From the NCBI GenBank assembly GCA_963813715.1, contig CAWFAK010000008.1, positions 256,001 to 320,000 on the forward strand: a stretch of 64,000 bases of DNA, in the 5' to 3' direction. Position 1 is the first letter of the stretch. Every line of letters starts with the position of its first letter. Both the position numbers and the translations under genes were made by a program. The notes under the pieces are model-generated. The model searched no databases, had not been told where the DNA came from, and saw nothing but the letters and a program-made list of their open reading frames with translations. The DNA is from an uncultured Planctomycetaceae bacterium. Its GTDB lineage: Bacteria > Planctomycetota > Planctomycetia > Planctomycetales > Planctomycetaceae. Below are positions 44,259 to 54,558 of this stretch, piece after piece.

Positions 44259-44570
44259 GTGAGGTGCTCCGGTGGGATCTCGTCAGGGCGGGCGGCTCGG
44301 GGGGAGCCGAAAAGTCAAACGCGGTGAATTCAAGCAGGCCCAGTTGGTGGAACCTGGCGGGCAGCTCCAATTGTAAGTGGCGGCGAGACTTGGCACCATC
44401 GCAGCGCGACTCCCGTGGCCGCAAATTGCGGCGTGAAATCTTTGACCCGCCACCGGTGCGGAGGCACGCCACGAAGGGCTTCGAATTGCGGGGCGCTCTG
44501 ATGCCTGCAAGAATCGGGCAGTGCGCGGACGGCACCGCCTTGTGAGTTGTGGTCGCGCCGCGCGGGGTTG

Positions 44571-44723
44571 AGGATTTTTCACCACAAAGACACGAAGACA
44601 CAAAGGAAGCTCAGCGGGAGATTAGGGGGCGAATAGAGAAAGGGTGGTCGGCCAAACCTCTTTGCCTCCTTTCTAAAATCTTGTCTTCCCTTAGTGCCTC
44701 GTGTCTTTGTGGTGAAAAATCCT
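44571..44723. repeat. 153-bp MITE/REP-like element with perfect 25-bp terminal inverted repeats
   Basis: AGGATTTTTCACCACAAAGACACGA (44571-44595) and its exact reverse complement (44699-44723); the interior is purine-rich then pyrimidine-rich. Confidence 0.85.
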
Positions 44724-44802
44724 GTGAGCGCCTGCGGCGCGGGCGTGTCGCGCCTCGGTGTTCGTTCCGCAATAGTCCCTACACTCGCGAAAGCCCACCA
44801 AC

Positions 44803-46485
44803 TTGCTCCGCATCAAGGGAGGCAAAGTTTACGATCCGCGCAACGGCGTGCGCGGGGAAGTTCGCGATCTTTGGATCGCCGAGGGCCGCGTGGTTGTCGC
44901 GCCGACCGATCCGGCTGTGCGGGCCGATCGCACGATTGATGCTGCGGGCCTGGCCGTGATGCCGGGCGGCGTCGATATGCACTGTCATATCGCCGGGCCG
45001 AAGGTCAACATGGCCCGCAAGATGATGCCCGATCAGCGGCGCAGCTCACCGCCGCTACGCCGCACGCCACTCACCCGCTCGGGCACGGTCGGGGCCGTTC
45101 CCAGCACATTCGCCACCGGCTATCTGTACGCCGGGCTCGGCTACACGACGGCGTTCGACGCGGCCATCCCCCCGCTTTCGGCGCGACACGCCCACGAAGA
45201 ATTGCAGGACACGCCCCTGATCGACAAGGGCTTTTACGTCCTGATGGGCAACAACCATTACGTGATGGACTCGATCCAGCACGGCGAGCCCGCACGGCTC
45301 GAGGCTTACGTCGCCTGGCTGCTCGGGGCCGCCAAGGGTTACGCCGCCAAGCTGGTCAACCCGGGGGGCGTGGAGATCTGGAAGCAAACGGGACGCAACG
45401 CCACCGGCCTCGACGACACGGTCGAGCACTTCGCGGTCACGCCGCGGCAGATCATTCAAGGCGTCGCCCAAGCCGTGACGCAGCTCGGCTTGCCGCACGC
45501 GGTGCACATTCACTGCAACAACCTCGGCGTGCCGGGCAATTGGGCGACGACGCTCGAGACCATGAAGGCCCTGGAAGGTCGCCGCGGGCATCTCACGCAC
45601 GTGCAGTTTCACAGCTACGGCGGGGAGCCGGACGCGATGCGTTCGTTCTCTTCGGAAGTTCCGCGGCTGGCCGAGTACGTGAACACTCACGCCAATCTCA
45701 CGGTCGACGTCGGGCAAGTGCTGTTCGGCGAAACGACGTCAATGACCGGAGACGGCCCGCTCGGTCACTTCCTGCACAAGGTTACCGGCCGCAAATGGTT
45801 CAGTGGCGATACGGAAATGGAGACTGGATGCGGCATCGTGCCGATCGAATATAAGGACAAGAGCCTGGTGCACTCGGTGCAGTGGGCGGCGGGCCTCGAG
45901 TGGTATTTGCTGTTGGACGACCCGTGGCGGATCGCGATGAGCACTGATCACCCCAACGGGGCGTCGTTCCTGGCGTATCCGGAAATCATCGCCCTGTTGA
46001 TGGACCGCGGCCTGCGTCGCGACCTGCTCAAAACGCTGCCGGCCGACGTGCGGAAGCGGACGGTGCTCGACAGCCTCGAGCGCGAATATACGCTCGACGA
46101 GATTGCCATCATCACGCGGGCGGCGCCGGCACGGATTCTCGGCCTCGACCGTAAAGGCCATCTCGGACCGGGAGCGGACGCCGACGTCACGCTCTACAAT
46201 CCCTCGTCAGACATCGAGCGGATGTTCCAGTTGCCCCGGTACGTGATTCATGCGGGCGAAGTCGTCGTGGAAGACGGCGAAATCCGCAGTACGCTTAACG
46301 GGCGGCTGTTCCACGTCGCGCCCGAGTATGATGAATCGCTGGTGCCTCACATTCGCGATTGGTTCGAGCGTTACTACACAATCCAGTTCGGCAACTATCC
46401 GGTCGGCGACCACGAGTTGCACGACCACGAAGCGATCCCCACGGGGCAAACGAGCAGACCCGCTAACCAGACCCACCTGAGCTGA
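44803..46485 (+). CDS. fhcA: Formyltransferase/hydrolase complex subunit A (FwdA/FmdA homolog)
   Basis: IKGGKVYDP, GGVDMHCHIAG, GYTTAFD, KLVNPGG, HIHCNNLG, HVQFHSYG, STDHPNG, KGHLGPGADAD. Confidence 0.93.
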   Translation: MLRIKGGKVYDPRNGVRGEVRDLWIAEGRVVVAPTDPAVRADRTIDAAGLAVMPGGVDMHCHIAGPKVNMARKMMPDQRRSSPPLRRTPLTRSGTVGAVPSTFATGYLYAGLGYTTAFDAAIPPLSARHAHEELQDTPLIDKGFYVLMGNNHYVMDSIQHGEPARLEAYVAWLLGAAKGYAAKLVNPGGVEIWKQTGRNATGLDDTVEHFAVTPRQIIQGVAQAVTQLGLPHAVHIHCNNLGVPGNWATTLETMKALEGRRGHLTHVQFHSYGGEPDAMRSFSSEVPRLAEYVNTHANLTVDVGQVLFGETTSMTGDGPLGHFLHKVTGRKWFSGDTEMETGCGIVPIEYKDKSLVHSVQWAAGLEWYLLLDDPWRIAMSTDHPNGASFLAYPEIIALLMDRGLRRDLLKTLPADVRKRTVLDSLEREYTLDEIAIITRAAPARILGLDRKGHLGPGADADVTLYNPSSDIERMFQLPRYVIHAGEVVVEDGEIRSTLNGRLFHVAPEYDESLVPHIRDWFERYYTIQFGNYPVGDHELHDHEAIPTGQTSRPANQTHLS

Positions 46486-46491
46486 ATCCAT

Positions 46492-47140
46492 ATGAGCTGC
46501 CACGAAGATCTTGACCGAGTCTTGAAGACCGGCATCGTCGCCATCCTCCGCGCACCGACGGGCGACCAATTGGCCGGCGTGGCCCGTGCCCTGTTCGAGG
46601 GAGGCATCGACATCATCGAAGTCACCTTCACGGTTCCCAACGCGCTCGAGAGTCTGGCTGCGGTGAAAATGGATCTCGGCAGCCGCGTCTTGCTGGGGAT
46701 GGGCACCGTGCTCGATCCCGAGTCGGCCCGCGCGGCCCTGTTGGCGGGGGCCGAGTTCGTCGTCGCCCCTTCGCTCAACCTCGACGTGATCCGCCTCTGC
46801 CATCGGTACGACAAGCTGATGATGCCGGGCGCGTTCACGCCGACGGAGATTCTGACGGCCTGGGAAGCGGGGGCGGACATCGTGAAAGTCTTTCCGTCGG
46901 ACTGCGTGGGCCCCGGCTACGTCAAAGCTCTGAAAGGGCCCTTCCCGCAAATCCGCCTGATGCCCACTGGCGGCGTCAATTTGGAAACGCTGCCGGCGTT
47001 CATCAAGGCGGGGGCCTGCGCAGTTGGGGGTCGGCGGCTCCCTGGCCGACATCCAGGCCATTCGCGAAGGGAACTTCGCTAAACTCCGCGACTCGGCCGC
47101 GCAGTATGTGCAGGCCCTGAAGGCGGCGCGAGGCGCTTAG
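46492..47140 (+). CDS. eda: KHG/KDPG aldolase (frameshift near 47030)
   Basis: IVAILR, IEVT, GMGTVLD, GAFTPTE, VKVFP, LMPTGGV; the C-terminus GGSL...ALKAARGA* is in another frame. Confidence 0.88.
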
Positions 47141-47373
47141 GGCCCGCTCGAATCCGGCCTTCTCTTCGGGCTAACTTGAGCCGAACTGCCCAAAATCGGC
47201 AGGATTCGCGCTTTCAAAGTCGAGCAATCGGGTTAAAAACCCCGCAGAGTCGACAAATTCGCTCCAGGTGGTCCGGTCCCATAGTCGATCTAACGCGCGA
47301 ATGGGGCCGAGTGCGCGCAGTCCCCGCATGCGGCCGACACCTGGGAACTACTGACTTGCGGGAGCAGCTCGAC

Positions 47374-47877
47374 ATGGCCCGGCTCGGCCCAATCAAGTTC
47401 TCGCCAACCATGACGGTGGCGGTCTGGCAAATCGCAATCGTTGCCTGCGTTCTCTTGTCGGCTTGCGACTCGCGCGGCGACTCCTGGCCTGCGGTGAGCA
47501 AAGAGGGTCAGGGAGTGGCCTGGTTCCACGACCTGTACGAGGCCCATCGCCTTTCGGCGGCCACAGGCAAGCCGATGTTGATCGTCTTCGGGGCCGAGTG
47601 GTGCCATTACTGCCGGGAACTCGAAACGACGACGCTGAAAAATCCGGACATCGTCAGCTATATCTCGACCAACTTCGTGCCGGTCCATTTGGATGCCGAC
47701 AAAGACGTCCGCGTGGCCACGATCCTCAAGGCGAAGCCGATCCCGTGCAGCGTGGTGCTCAGCCCCGATGCCGAGCTGATGGGCCGCTCGTTTGGCTACC
47801 TCGACGCGCAGCACTATTACGTCGAGCTGGAAAAGATGCGGCAACGCTACGTCAAGCTGGCGCACCACAGCAAGTAA
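47374..47877 (+). CDS. Thioredoxin-family lipoprotein
   Basis: LLSAC lipobox; KPMLIVFGAEWCHYC. Confidence 0.85.
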   Translation: MARLGPIKFSPTMTVAVWQIAIVACVLLSACDSRGDSWPAVSKEGQGVAWFHDLYEAHRLSAATGKPMLIVFGAEWCHYCRELETTTLKNPDIVSYISTNFVPVHLDADKDVRVATILKAKPIPCSVVLSPDAELMGRSFGYLDAQHYYVELEKMRQRYVKLAHHSK

Positions 47878-48156
47878 CTCGGTGAACGCCACGTAAGCTG
47901 ACGGGCGCACCGCGGCACGACCCGGCCTCTGTTCTTCTTGGACTGCCCTCGCGGAAACCGTTCTGCGCAGGCTGACGAGAGGCTTGGCGGCGGGAGGTTG
48001 CCCGTCCGGCGAGTTCGCACGCAACAGACCGCGGATTCCCACTTTACGCGTGCATGACGGGCTGCGCTGCTTTACTGTCAGATCTGTCGAGCGTTCGTCG
48101 CGCAGGGCCAAGCCGGTGGCCGACGGGGGCGACGGCGAGTCCGCAGGGAACCCGGG

Positions 48157-48588
48157 ATGCAAATCTTCAATCCGTTTGATCACCAATATTGGCTGCAGAT
48201 CGGCGTTGCCATCATTTGCGGCGCAATGATCGGCGTCGAACGCGAGCTCCGCGGCAAGCCGACCGGCATGCGGACCTGCATTTTGATCGTGCTGGGCACG
48301 GCCATCTTCGTGAAGCTGGGCGCAGTCATGGGCAACGAGCGGGGCGACGCAACCCGCGTGCTGGGCCAGGTGGTAACCGGGATCGGATTTCTGGGCGCGG
48401 GCGTGATCATGTCCCGCGGCGACGTGATCATCGGCGTGACGACGGCCAGCGTTGTCTGGGTGCTGGCGGCCATCGGTGCGCTGATCGGAGCCGGGGAATT
48501 CGCCGGCGCCGTCACGATGGCGATCGTCACGGTCGCCTGCCTGACCGTGTTCGATTATTTGGAGCGGTGGATTCAAAAACACCGTTGA
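48157..48588 (+). CDS. MgtC/SapB family membrane protein
   Basis: IGVERE, GMRT, RVLGQVVTGIGFLGAGVI, GVTTASVVW. Confidence 0.92.
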   Translation: MQIFNPFDHQYWLQIGVAIICGAMIGVERELRGKPTGMRTCILIVLGTAIFVKLGAVMGNERGDATRVLGQVVTGIGFLGAGVIMSRGDVIIGVTTASVVWVLAAIGALIGAGEFAGAVTMAIVTVACLTVFDYLERWIQKHR

Positions 48589-48669
48589 CGGGTCATGTCC
48601 GGCTGGCTAGAGTACGATACGTTTGTATAGTTACGCAGTTCGATGCTTCAGCGACACCAGGAGTGGATC

Positions 48670-49179
48670 ATGCCGATCAGCCAGGCTCTATTGCCGGAAT
48701 TTGACCAGGAAATGGCCAATACGCGCAAGGTTTTGGAGCGCATTCCCGAGGACAAGCTCGATTGGAAAGCCCATCCGAAGTCGAACACCATCGGCTGGGT
48801 GAGCAAGCACCTGGCCGACCTGCCGAGTTGGGCCGAGCATACCCTCAAGGAGGAGTCTTTGGACATCGCGCCGGTCGGCGGCCCTGCGTTCCAATTGCCC
48901 GAGGCCAAAACGAAGGCGGCGATTCTCGCGCTGTTCGATAAAAACATCGCCGGCGCACGGGAAGCGATCAGTGCCGCCTCCGACGCCGACTTTATGAAGA
49001 CCTGGACGCTGCTCAAGGGCGGCCAGAAGCTCTTCGCGATGCCGCGGGTCGCTGTGGTGCGGAGCATGGTGATGAACCACATGATCCACCACCGCGCACA
49101 CTTGTGCGTCTACCTGCGGCTCAACAACGTGCCCGTGCCGGCGCTCTATGGACCGTCGGGGGACGAAGCGGCGTTTTAG
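48670..49179 (+). CDS. DinB/YfiT family protein
   Basis: EFDQEMANTRKVLER, WKAHPKS, NHMIHHRAHLCVYLR. Confidence 0.9.
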   Translation: MPISQALLPEFDQEMANTRKVLERIPEDKLDWKAHPKSNTIGWVSKHLADLPSWAEHTLKEESLDIAPVGGPAFQLPEAKTKAAILALFDKNIAGAREAISAASDADFMKTWTLLKGGQKLFAMPRVAVVRSMVMNHMIHHRAHLCVYLRLNNVPVPALYGPSGDEAAF

Positions 49180-49198
49180 CGCTCGCATTGCGCGGTGA

Positions 49199-50389
49199 TC
49201 AAACGAGTCCATCTTCTGACTGAATCGGATGTTGCGCCAGCAGGCGCCGCGCGATGATCAGGTGTTGGAGCTCATTGGTGCCGCCGCCGATCATGAGGAG
49301 GGGCGCGTCCCGGTAGATCGCGCTCGACCGGTAAATCGGTCGAGTAGCCGGCGCCCCGTGAATTCGCAGTGACTCGAGCGCGACGAACTGGGCGGTCTCG
49401 GTCGCGAAGAGTTTGGCCATCGCCGCTTCCAGGTCGCAGCGCTCGCCGCGGTCCTTTTTCTGCGCGGCCGAAACGACCAGCAGTCGCGAGGCCTCGATTC
49501 GCGTGGCCATCTCGGCCAGCTTGATTTGAATCGTCTGGTGTTCGCAGATCGGCTTGCCGAAGGTTTCGCGTTTTTGCGAGTAGGCAAGCGCATCTTCAAA
49601 CGCGGCGCGGGCCACGCCGACGCCGCGGGCCGCCACATTGATTCGCTCGCTCTCGAGCCCGGTCATAATCTGCTTGAAGCCGGCGCCCTCGACGCCGCCG
49701 ATCAGGTTGGCGGCCGGGACGAAAAAATTCTCGAACGCCAGCTCGCAATTCTCGACGCCGCGGTAACCGAGCGTGTCGATCTCGCGGACGACGCGGAATC
49801 CCGGTCCCCCTTTTTCGATCACGAAAGCCGAAATCGCCTCGCGGGGCGATTGTGCGTCCGCGCTCGTTTTGGCGGCGAGCACGAACGTGTCGCCGCGCTT
49901 GCCGTTCGTGATCCACATCTTCGACCCGTTGATGAGATAGCCGTCGCCGTGGCGGGTCGCCGTCGTGCGGAGACGTTTGACGTCGGTGCCAGCGTCCGCC
50001 TCCGTCAGGGCCAGACCGCCGCGCCGCGCTCCGGACGCGAGCCCGGGCAGAAACGTGCGCTGCTGCTCGTCGGTGCCGAAGCGATGGATGATGTCGCAGA
50101 TCACCGAGTGCGTGCCGAGCGGGCCGACGATACTCATCCAGCCGCGGGCCAGCTCCTCGATGATCGCCGCGAACGTCGTGTAGTCGAGTCCCAGCCCGCC
50201 GAAGTCGCGAGGGACGTTGCAGCCGAACAGGCCGAGCCGCTTGAAGCCTTCCACGATCTGCGCCGGATACTCGTCGGCGTGTTCCAGCCGAGTGGCAACC
50301 GGCAGGACTTCGTCCTTCACGAATCGGCGGACGCGGTCGATGAGCGCGTGATCGACGGGCGCTTGTTTGTCGGGTGCTGGCATGTTCAT
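49199..50389 (-). CDS. Acyl-CoA dehydrogenase (compensating frameshift pair near 49320-49350)
   Basis: LTEADAGTD, NGSKMWITNG, ERINVAA, RETFGKPI, AMAKLFATE, YRDA, IGGGTNE. Confidence 0.93.
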   Translation of the reverse strand: MNMPAPDKQAPVDHALIDRVRRFVKDEVLPVATRLEHADEYPAQIVEGFKRLGLFGCNVPRDFGGLGLDYTTFAAIIEELARGWMSIVGPLGTHSVICDIIHRFGTDEQQRTFLPGLASGARRGGLALTEADAGTDVKRLRTTATRHGDGYLINGSKMWITNGKRGDTFVLAAKTSADAQSPREAISAFVIEKGGPGFRVVREIDTLGYRGVENCELAFENFFVPAANLIGGVEGAGFKQIMTGLESERINVAARGVGVARAAFEDALAYSQKRETFGKPICEHQTIQIKLAEMATRIEASRLLVVSAAQKKDRGERCDLEAAMAKLFATETAQFVALESLRIHGAPATRPIYRSSAIYRDAPLLMIGGGTNELQHLIIARRLLAQHPIQSEDGLV

Positions 50390-50477
50390 CGCTGGCGATG
50401 CGAGACGTTTTGGCGGAAGATGCGGAAACCGCCCGACCCTGGAACCGAGCAACTCAAAACAGCGCGTCCAGTTTAGC

Positions 50478-51633
50478 ATGACACAGCAACGTTCAGCGGA
50501 AGTTCATGCGGTGGCCGCGCCGAGCGTCTACGACCGGCTCGGCGTAAAAACGGTCATCAACGCAGCCGGCACGCTGACGACGTTGGGCGGTTCGTTGATG
50601 CCGCCAGAGGTCTTGGCGGCCCTCACGTCGGCTGCGCAGCACTTCGTCGATCTCGAGGAGCTGCAGACCCGAATCGGCGAGCGAATCGCCGCGCTGATCG
50701 GCGTCGAGGCGGCCCTCGTGACGACGGGTGCGGCGGGCGCCATGCTGCTGGGCACCGCCGCGGCCGTGACGCGTGGCGACCGAGAGCGCATCGCCCGGCT
50801 GCCCGATACGACGGGCATGCCGAACGAAGTTCTCACGCAAAAGTCGCATCATACGGGCTACGACCACCAGGTCACCGGTTGCGGCGTGCGGCTTGTCGAC
50901 GTCGAGACGCGAGAGGAGTTAGAGCGGGCGATCAGCGAGCGAACTGCACTCATGCTCTTCTACAACCTGCTCGAGCCAAACGGGCAGATTACGAAGGAGG
51001 AGTGGATCGAGGTCGCCCACCGCCGCGGCATTCCGACGCTCGTCGACGCGGCCGCCGACGTCCCGCCGCTCGAGGCTCTTTCGCGTTACAACCGACTCGG
51101 CTTCGACCTGGTGGCGATCAGCGGGGGCAAAGCGCTCTCCGGCCCGAGCAACACCGGACTGCTGCTGGGCAAGCGCGACTTGATCGCGGCAGCTCGGCTC
51201 AACGCGAGTCCCAATTGCGGCACGATCGGCCGCATGCTCAAGGTCAGCAAGGAAGATATGGTCGCGCTTTGGGCGGCCGTCGAGCGCTATTTCCGTCTGG
51301 ACCATGCGGCCGAGCTGCGCGAGTGGGAGCGACGCCTGACGGAAATTGAAAAATCGCTGGGCGGCATTCCGACCGTGACGACGCAGCGATTCGTCCCGCC
51401 GATCGCTAACCACGTGCCCCACCTCTTGGTCTTCTGGGACGAGATCCGCATTCCGCCTCAATCACGACCAGGTGACGCGAAAGATGGCCGAGGGGGAACG
51501 GCCCATCGCGCTCGGGCGTGTCAGCGGCACAGGCGACCGGGGACTGTTGATTTCGGTGTTTCAGCTCAAGCCGGGCGAAGAGCTGATCGTCGGCAATCGG
51601 CTGGCCGAAATCCTGAAAGAGTCGACCGTCTGA
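50478..51633 (+). CDS. SelA-like PLP-dependent enzyme (DgaE-like; frameshift near 51455)
   Basis: LGVKTVINAAGTLTTLGGS, VDAAAD, SGGKALSGP, IGRMLKVSKE; the C-terminal frame ends ...RLAEILKESTV*. Confidence 0.85.
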
Positions 51634-51692
51634 CGTTGGCGAATGGACGAGCGAACGCGGATCGTTGCCGAGGGGCGTCTCGATCGCGCGAG

Positions 51693-52433
51693 CTAATCTT
51701 CGATCTTCACGATCTGATCGAAGTGCGTCAGCTCGAGCACTTCGCGGACGTCAGTCGACGGATGGCGTACCGTGACCGCGACGCCTCGCCTGGTGATCGA
51801 GGCGAGCACTCCCAGAAAGCCGCTGGGAATGATCAGTACGTCCTCCATATCGAACGCCAGCTCATGGCTGCCGGTGCGGTCGAGCAGCTCGCCGATTTCG
51901 CCCAGGTAGCGGCCCAGTACATGGTCCGGTGGTAGATCGCGTCCGCCGAACCCGATCACCAACGTCGGCTCGGTCTGCAGCACTTCGAGGCGGTGCGTCT
52001 GATCCGCGGCGGGTTGCGCCAAGATTTTCGCTTCGCGGCGCTCGGCGGCGGTGGCCGTGCTGGCTGCGGTCCGCATCGCTTGCATGGCTTGCTCGCGCGT
52101 CGCGAAGACCGGCCACAGCACATTGAGCTTGGCCTTGCGGAGAATCTCCTGTCCCACCTCCGAGAGGTTGCACAGCGCCATGCCGGCCCCGCATTCGCGG
52201 GCATGCTTCCAAGCCATGCACAAGGTGTCGAGCAGCAGCGAGCCGAAGTATTCAACGTGGGCGAAGTCGACCACGATCGAGCGCACCTCCGGGTCGCGGA
52301 TTTTGTCGACCAGGGCCGCCCGATCGACAGCGAATTCCGGACCGGCGAGGCTCCGCACGCCGCCGCTGGGCAGTGCAATCAGCGTGTCTCCGGCGCGCTC
52401 CGTGGCGAAGTATTTGGTGGGATTCGTGCTCAT
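51693..52433 (-). CDS. Tandem STAS-domain protein (anti-sigma-factor antagonist-like)
   Basis: VVDFAHVEYFGS...LCNLS and FDMEDVLIIPSGFLG...VREVLELTHFD. Confidence 0.85.
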   Translation of the reverse strand: MSTNPTKYFATERAGDTLIALPSGGVRSLAGPEFAVDRAALVDKIRDPEVRSIVVDFAHVEYFGSLLLDTLCMAWKHARECGAGMALCNLSEVGQEILRKAKLNVLWPVFATREQAMQAMRTAASTATAAERREAKILAQPAADQTHRLEVLQTEPTLVIGFGGRDLPPDHVLGRYLGEIGELLDRTGSHELAFDMEDVLIIPSGFLGVLASITRRGVAVTVRHPSTDVREVLELTHFDQIVKIED

Positions 52434-52896
52434 GCCGCTCGTCTCGAGATGGTGTCAGCCAGCCGCCGGCCTGCCGCACTCACAGTCGCAGCGCGACGGA
52501 AGCCCTGCCAGCTTACGCCAGCGGCTCTCCAATAAACATGGGTTGCTCATCAGAATCTTGTCCGAGTGTCTGCAACCGCTAACTTCGGCTGTCGTCGTCT
52601 GAACGACACAACAGGTCGCGGTCAACAGACGTCTCGGAGCGGCGGCGCCGGAAGCCCACCAGTGCGCAAAAACCTCCCGGTTTTTCCAGTCGGCGAATTG
52701 CCGTCCGACCGGGCACATTTCCCGTCCTGGTTCGTGCCCCAAAGCTGTGGGCCCCGCGGCCTTCGGGCCATGTTATCACGGGGCCAACCCGATCTTCCGC
52801 TAAATGGCGAATTTCGCTACCGTCCGCACCCATTCTCGCCGAGCGGAATCGGCCGAGGCCCAAGCAGTAAGCGATTGGAGTGAAGGAGAGTCCGAG

Positions 52897-54417
52897 ATGA
52901 GGGAGCGTCGTCTTGTCGGAGTGTCCCTGGCCAGCGGGGTGCTCCTCTTAATGGTGTTGACGTTCTGGGGACCGTGGGCTTCGGCCCAGGACTTCCAGGG
53001 GAATCAAACGACTCAGGCCGGCGGAGGCCCCGAATTCTCGCAGCGCCCGGCGCGCCCGAGGCCCAAGGGACCCCCGGTGCCGCCGAGGGGCAACAGCCGT
53101 CCGATCCGAATACCGAAGTGCTGACGAAGGGGGCCATTCACGAGGCCTTCGCGCAGCCCGTCGTCTTTAACTCGGCTCCGGGAGCCGTCGTTGCTCAAAA
53201 GCCGCCGGAGCCGGTCGACGAAATGCCGCCCGAGCAGAAGCCGGCCGGCGATCACGTCGCTTGGATCCCCGGCTACTGGAGCTGGGAAGGCGATCAGAAC
53301 AAATTCATCTGGACCAGCGGCATTTGGCGGCTCCATTCCGGCGGGCGTCGAATGGGTGCCCGGTTACTGGCAGCAGGTTGATTCCGGTTCTCAGTTCGTC
53401 TCCGGCTACTGGCGGAAGACGGCCGAGCAGGAAGTCACCTACATGCCGCAGAAGCCGCCCGATACGCTCGAGACGGGGCCGGTCGGAGCGGCGCCCTCGG
53501 CCAACGTAGTCTGGATTCCCGGCTGCTGGGTCTGGCGCGGCACGCACTACGCCTGGCGCGCGGGCTTCTGGGCACCGTGCAATCCCGACTGGATTTGGGT
53601 TCCGGCGCACTACGTCTGGACCCCCTCGGGCTACCTGTTTGTCGAGGGGCACTGGGACTACGCGATGCAGAATCGCGGAGTGTTCTTCGCCCCGGTCGTC
53701 TTCCGGCCCGGGATCGTCTGGGGCGCCGGCTACGTCTACTCGCCGGCGATCGCCATGGATTTCGGCGCGTGCCAGGGCTGCATGTTCTGCGGCCCATGCG
53801 GTTACTGCTTCGGCAACTACTACGGCCCGGCCTTTGTGGGCGTCGGCATCTATCCCTGGTTCGAATGGCATCATCGCTACGGTTACGACCCGTGCTTCGC
53901 GTACTGCAGCTGGCACTACGGACCGGGTTGGCGTGAGCGCTGTGTCGTCGATTACCGCTTCCGCATCGGACACCCCGAGGCTCGGCCGCCCGTCACCTTC
54001 GCTCTGATGGTTCGCGGCGGCGGTTGGGGTGGTCCGGCCCTGGCCTTGCACATCAACGTGCTGGCCGCGCGGGGCGGCGGTATGCGATTCGAGCGGCTGG
54101 CCGCGGCGCGACGGGCCGAGATTCATCGCGCCGTCCGCGAGCAGCACGTCGCCAACGAACGGCGGGCGGCTGAGGAGCGGCGCAACGCCGGCCACGGCGC
54201 TCCGTTCAAGTCGGCCGCACCGCACTCGGCGCTGCAGGCCAACGCTCGCGCAGCGGCGGAGCGCAACGCCGCGGCGGGCGGGCGTTCGACCTCGGCGGCG
54301 CGGACCACGACGCAGAACTCGCGTCAGCAGCCACAACAGAAGAAAGCACCGCCGAAACCGGCGGCTCGCGGCCGAACTCCGCAAGCCGGTGGATCGTCCT
54401 CGAACGACCGACGGTAG
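52897..54417 (+). CDS. Secreted YXWGXW-repeat protein (frameshifts near 53050 and 53335)
   Basis: Signal peptide; LTKGAIHEAFA; repeated WIPGYW, WVPGYW, WIPGCW, WVPAHY, FVEGHW; low-complexity basic tail. Confidence 0.85.
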
Positions 54418-54489
54418 CTATTTCGCTTTGATCGAAACGAATCTGGCGAGCGGCACGTGTGAGCGTGCCGGTTCTCACGCGAAGAGAAC

Positions 54490-54523
54490 CGGCCGGCTGA
54501 CACCGGCCGCTCGCCAGTTTTTT
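54490..54523. terminator. Hairpin between convergent genes
   Basis: CGGCCGG-CTGACA-CCGGCCG followed shortly by a T-run. Confidence 0.4.
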
Positions 54524-54558
54524 GCGCAGGGCCCGGGCAGCGGTTTGGCCGGCGCCGG

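Noticed and set aside
44391..44405. Second sigma-54 promoter TGGCACCATCGCAGC
   Set aside because: Poor -12 element (CAGC), and it lies about 400 bp from fhcA with a repeat element in between
47880..48156. Metal-sensing riboswitch upstream of the MgtC-family gene
   Set aside because: No M-box or yybP-ykoY consensus recognised by eye
50478..51633. True selenocysteine synthase selA
   Set aside because: Shorter than SelA and lacking its N-terminal domain; no selB, selD or tRNA-Sec nearby
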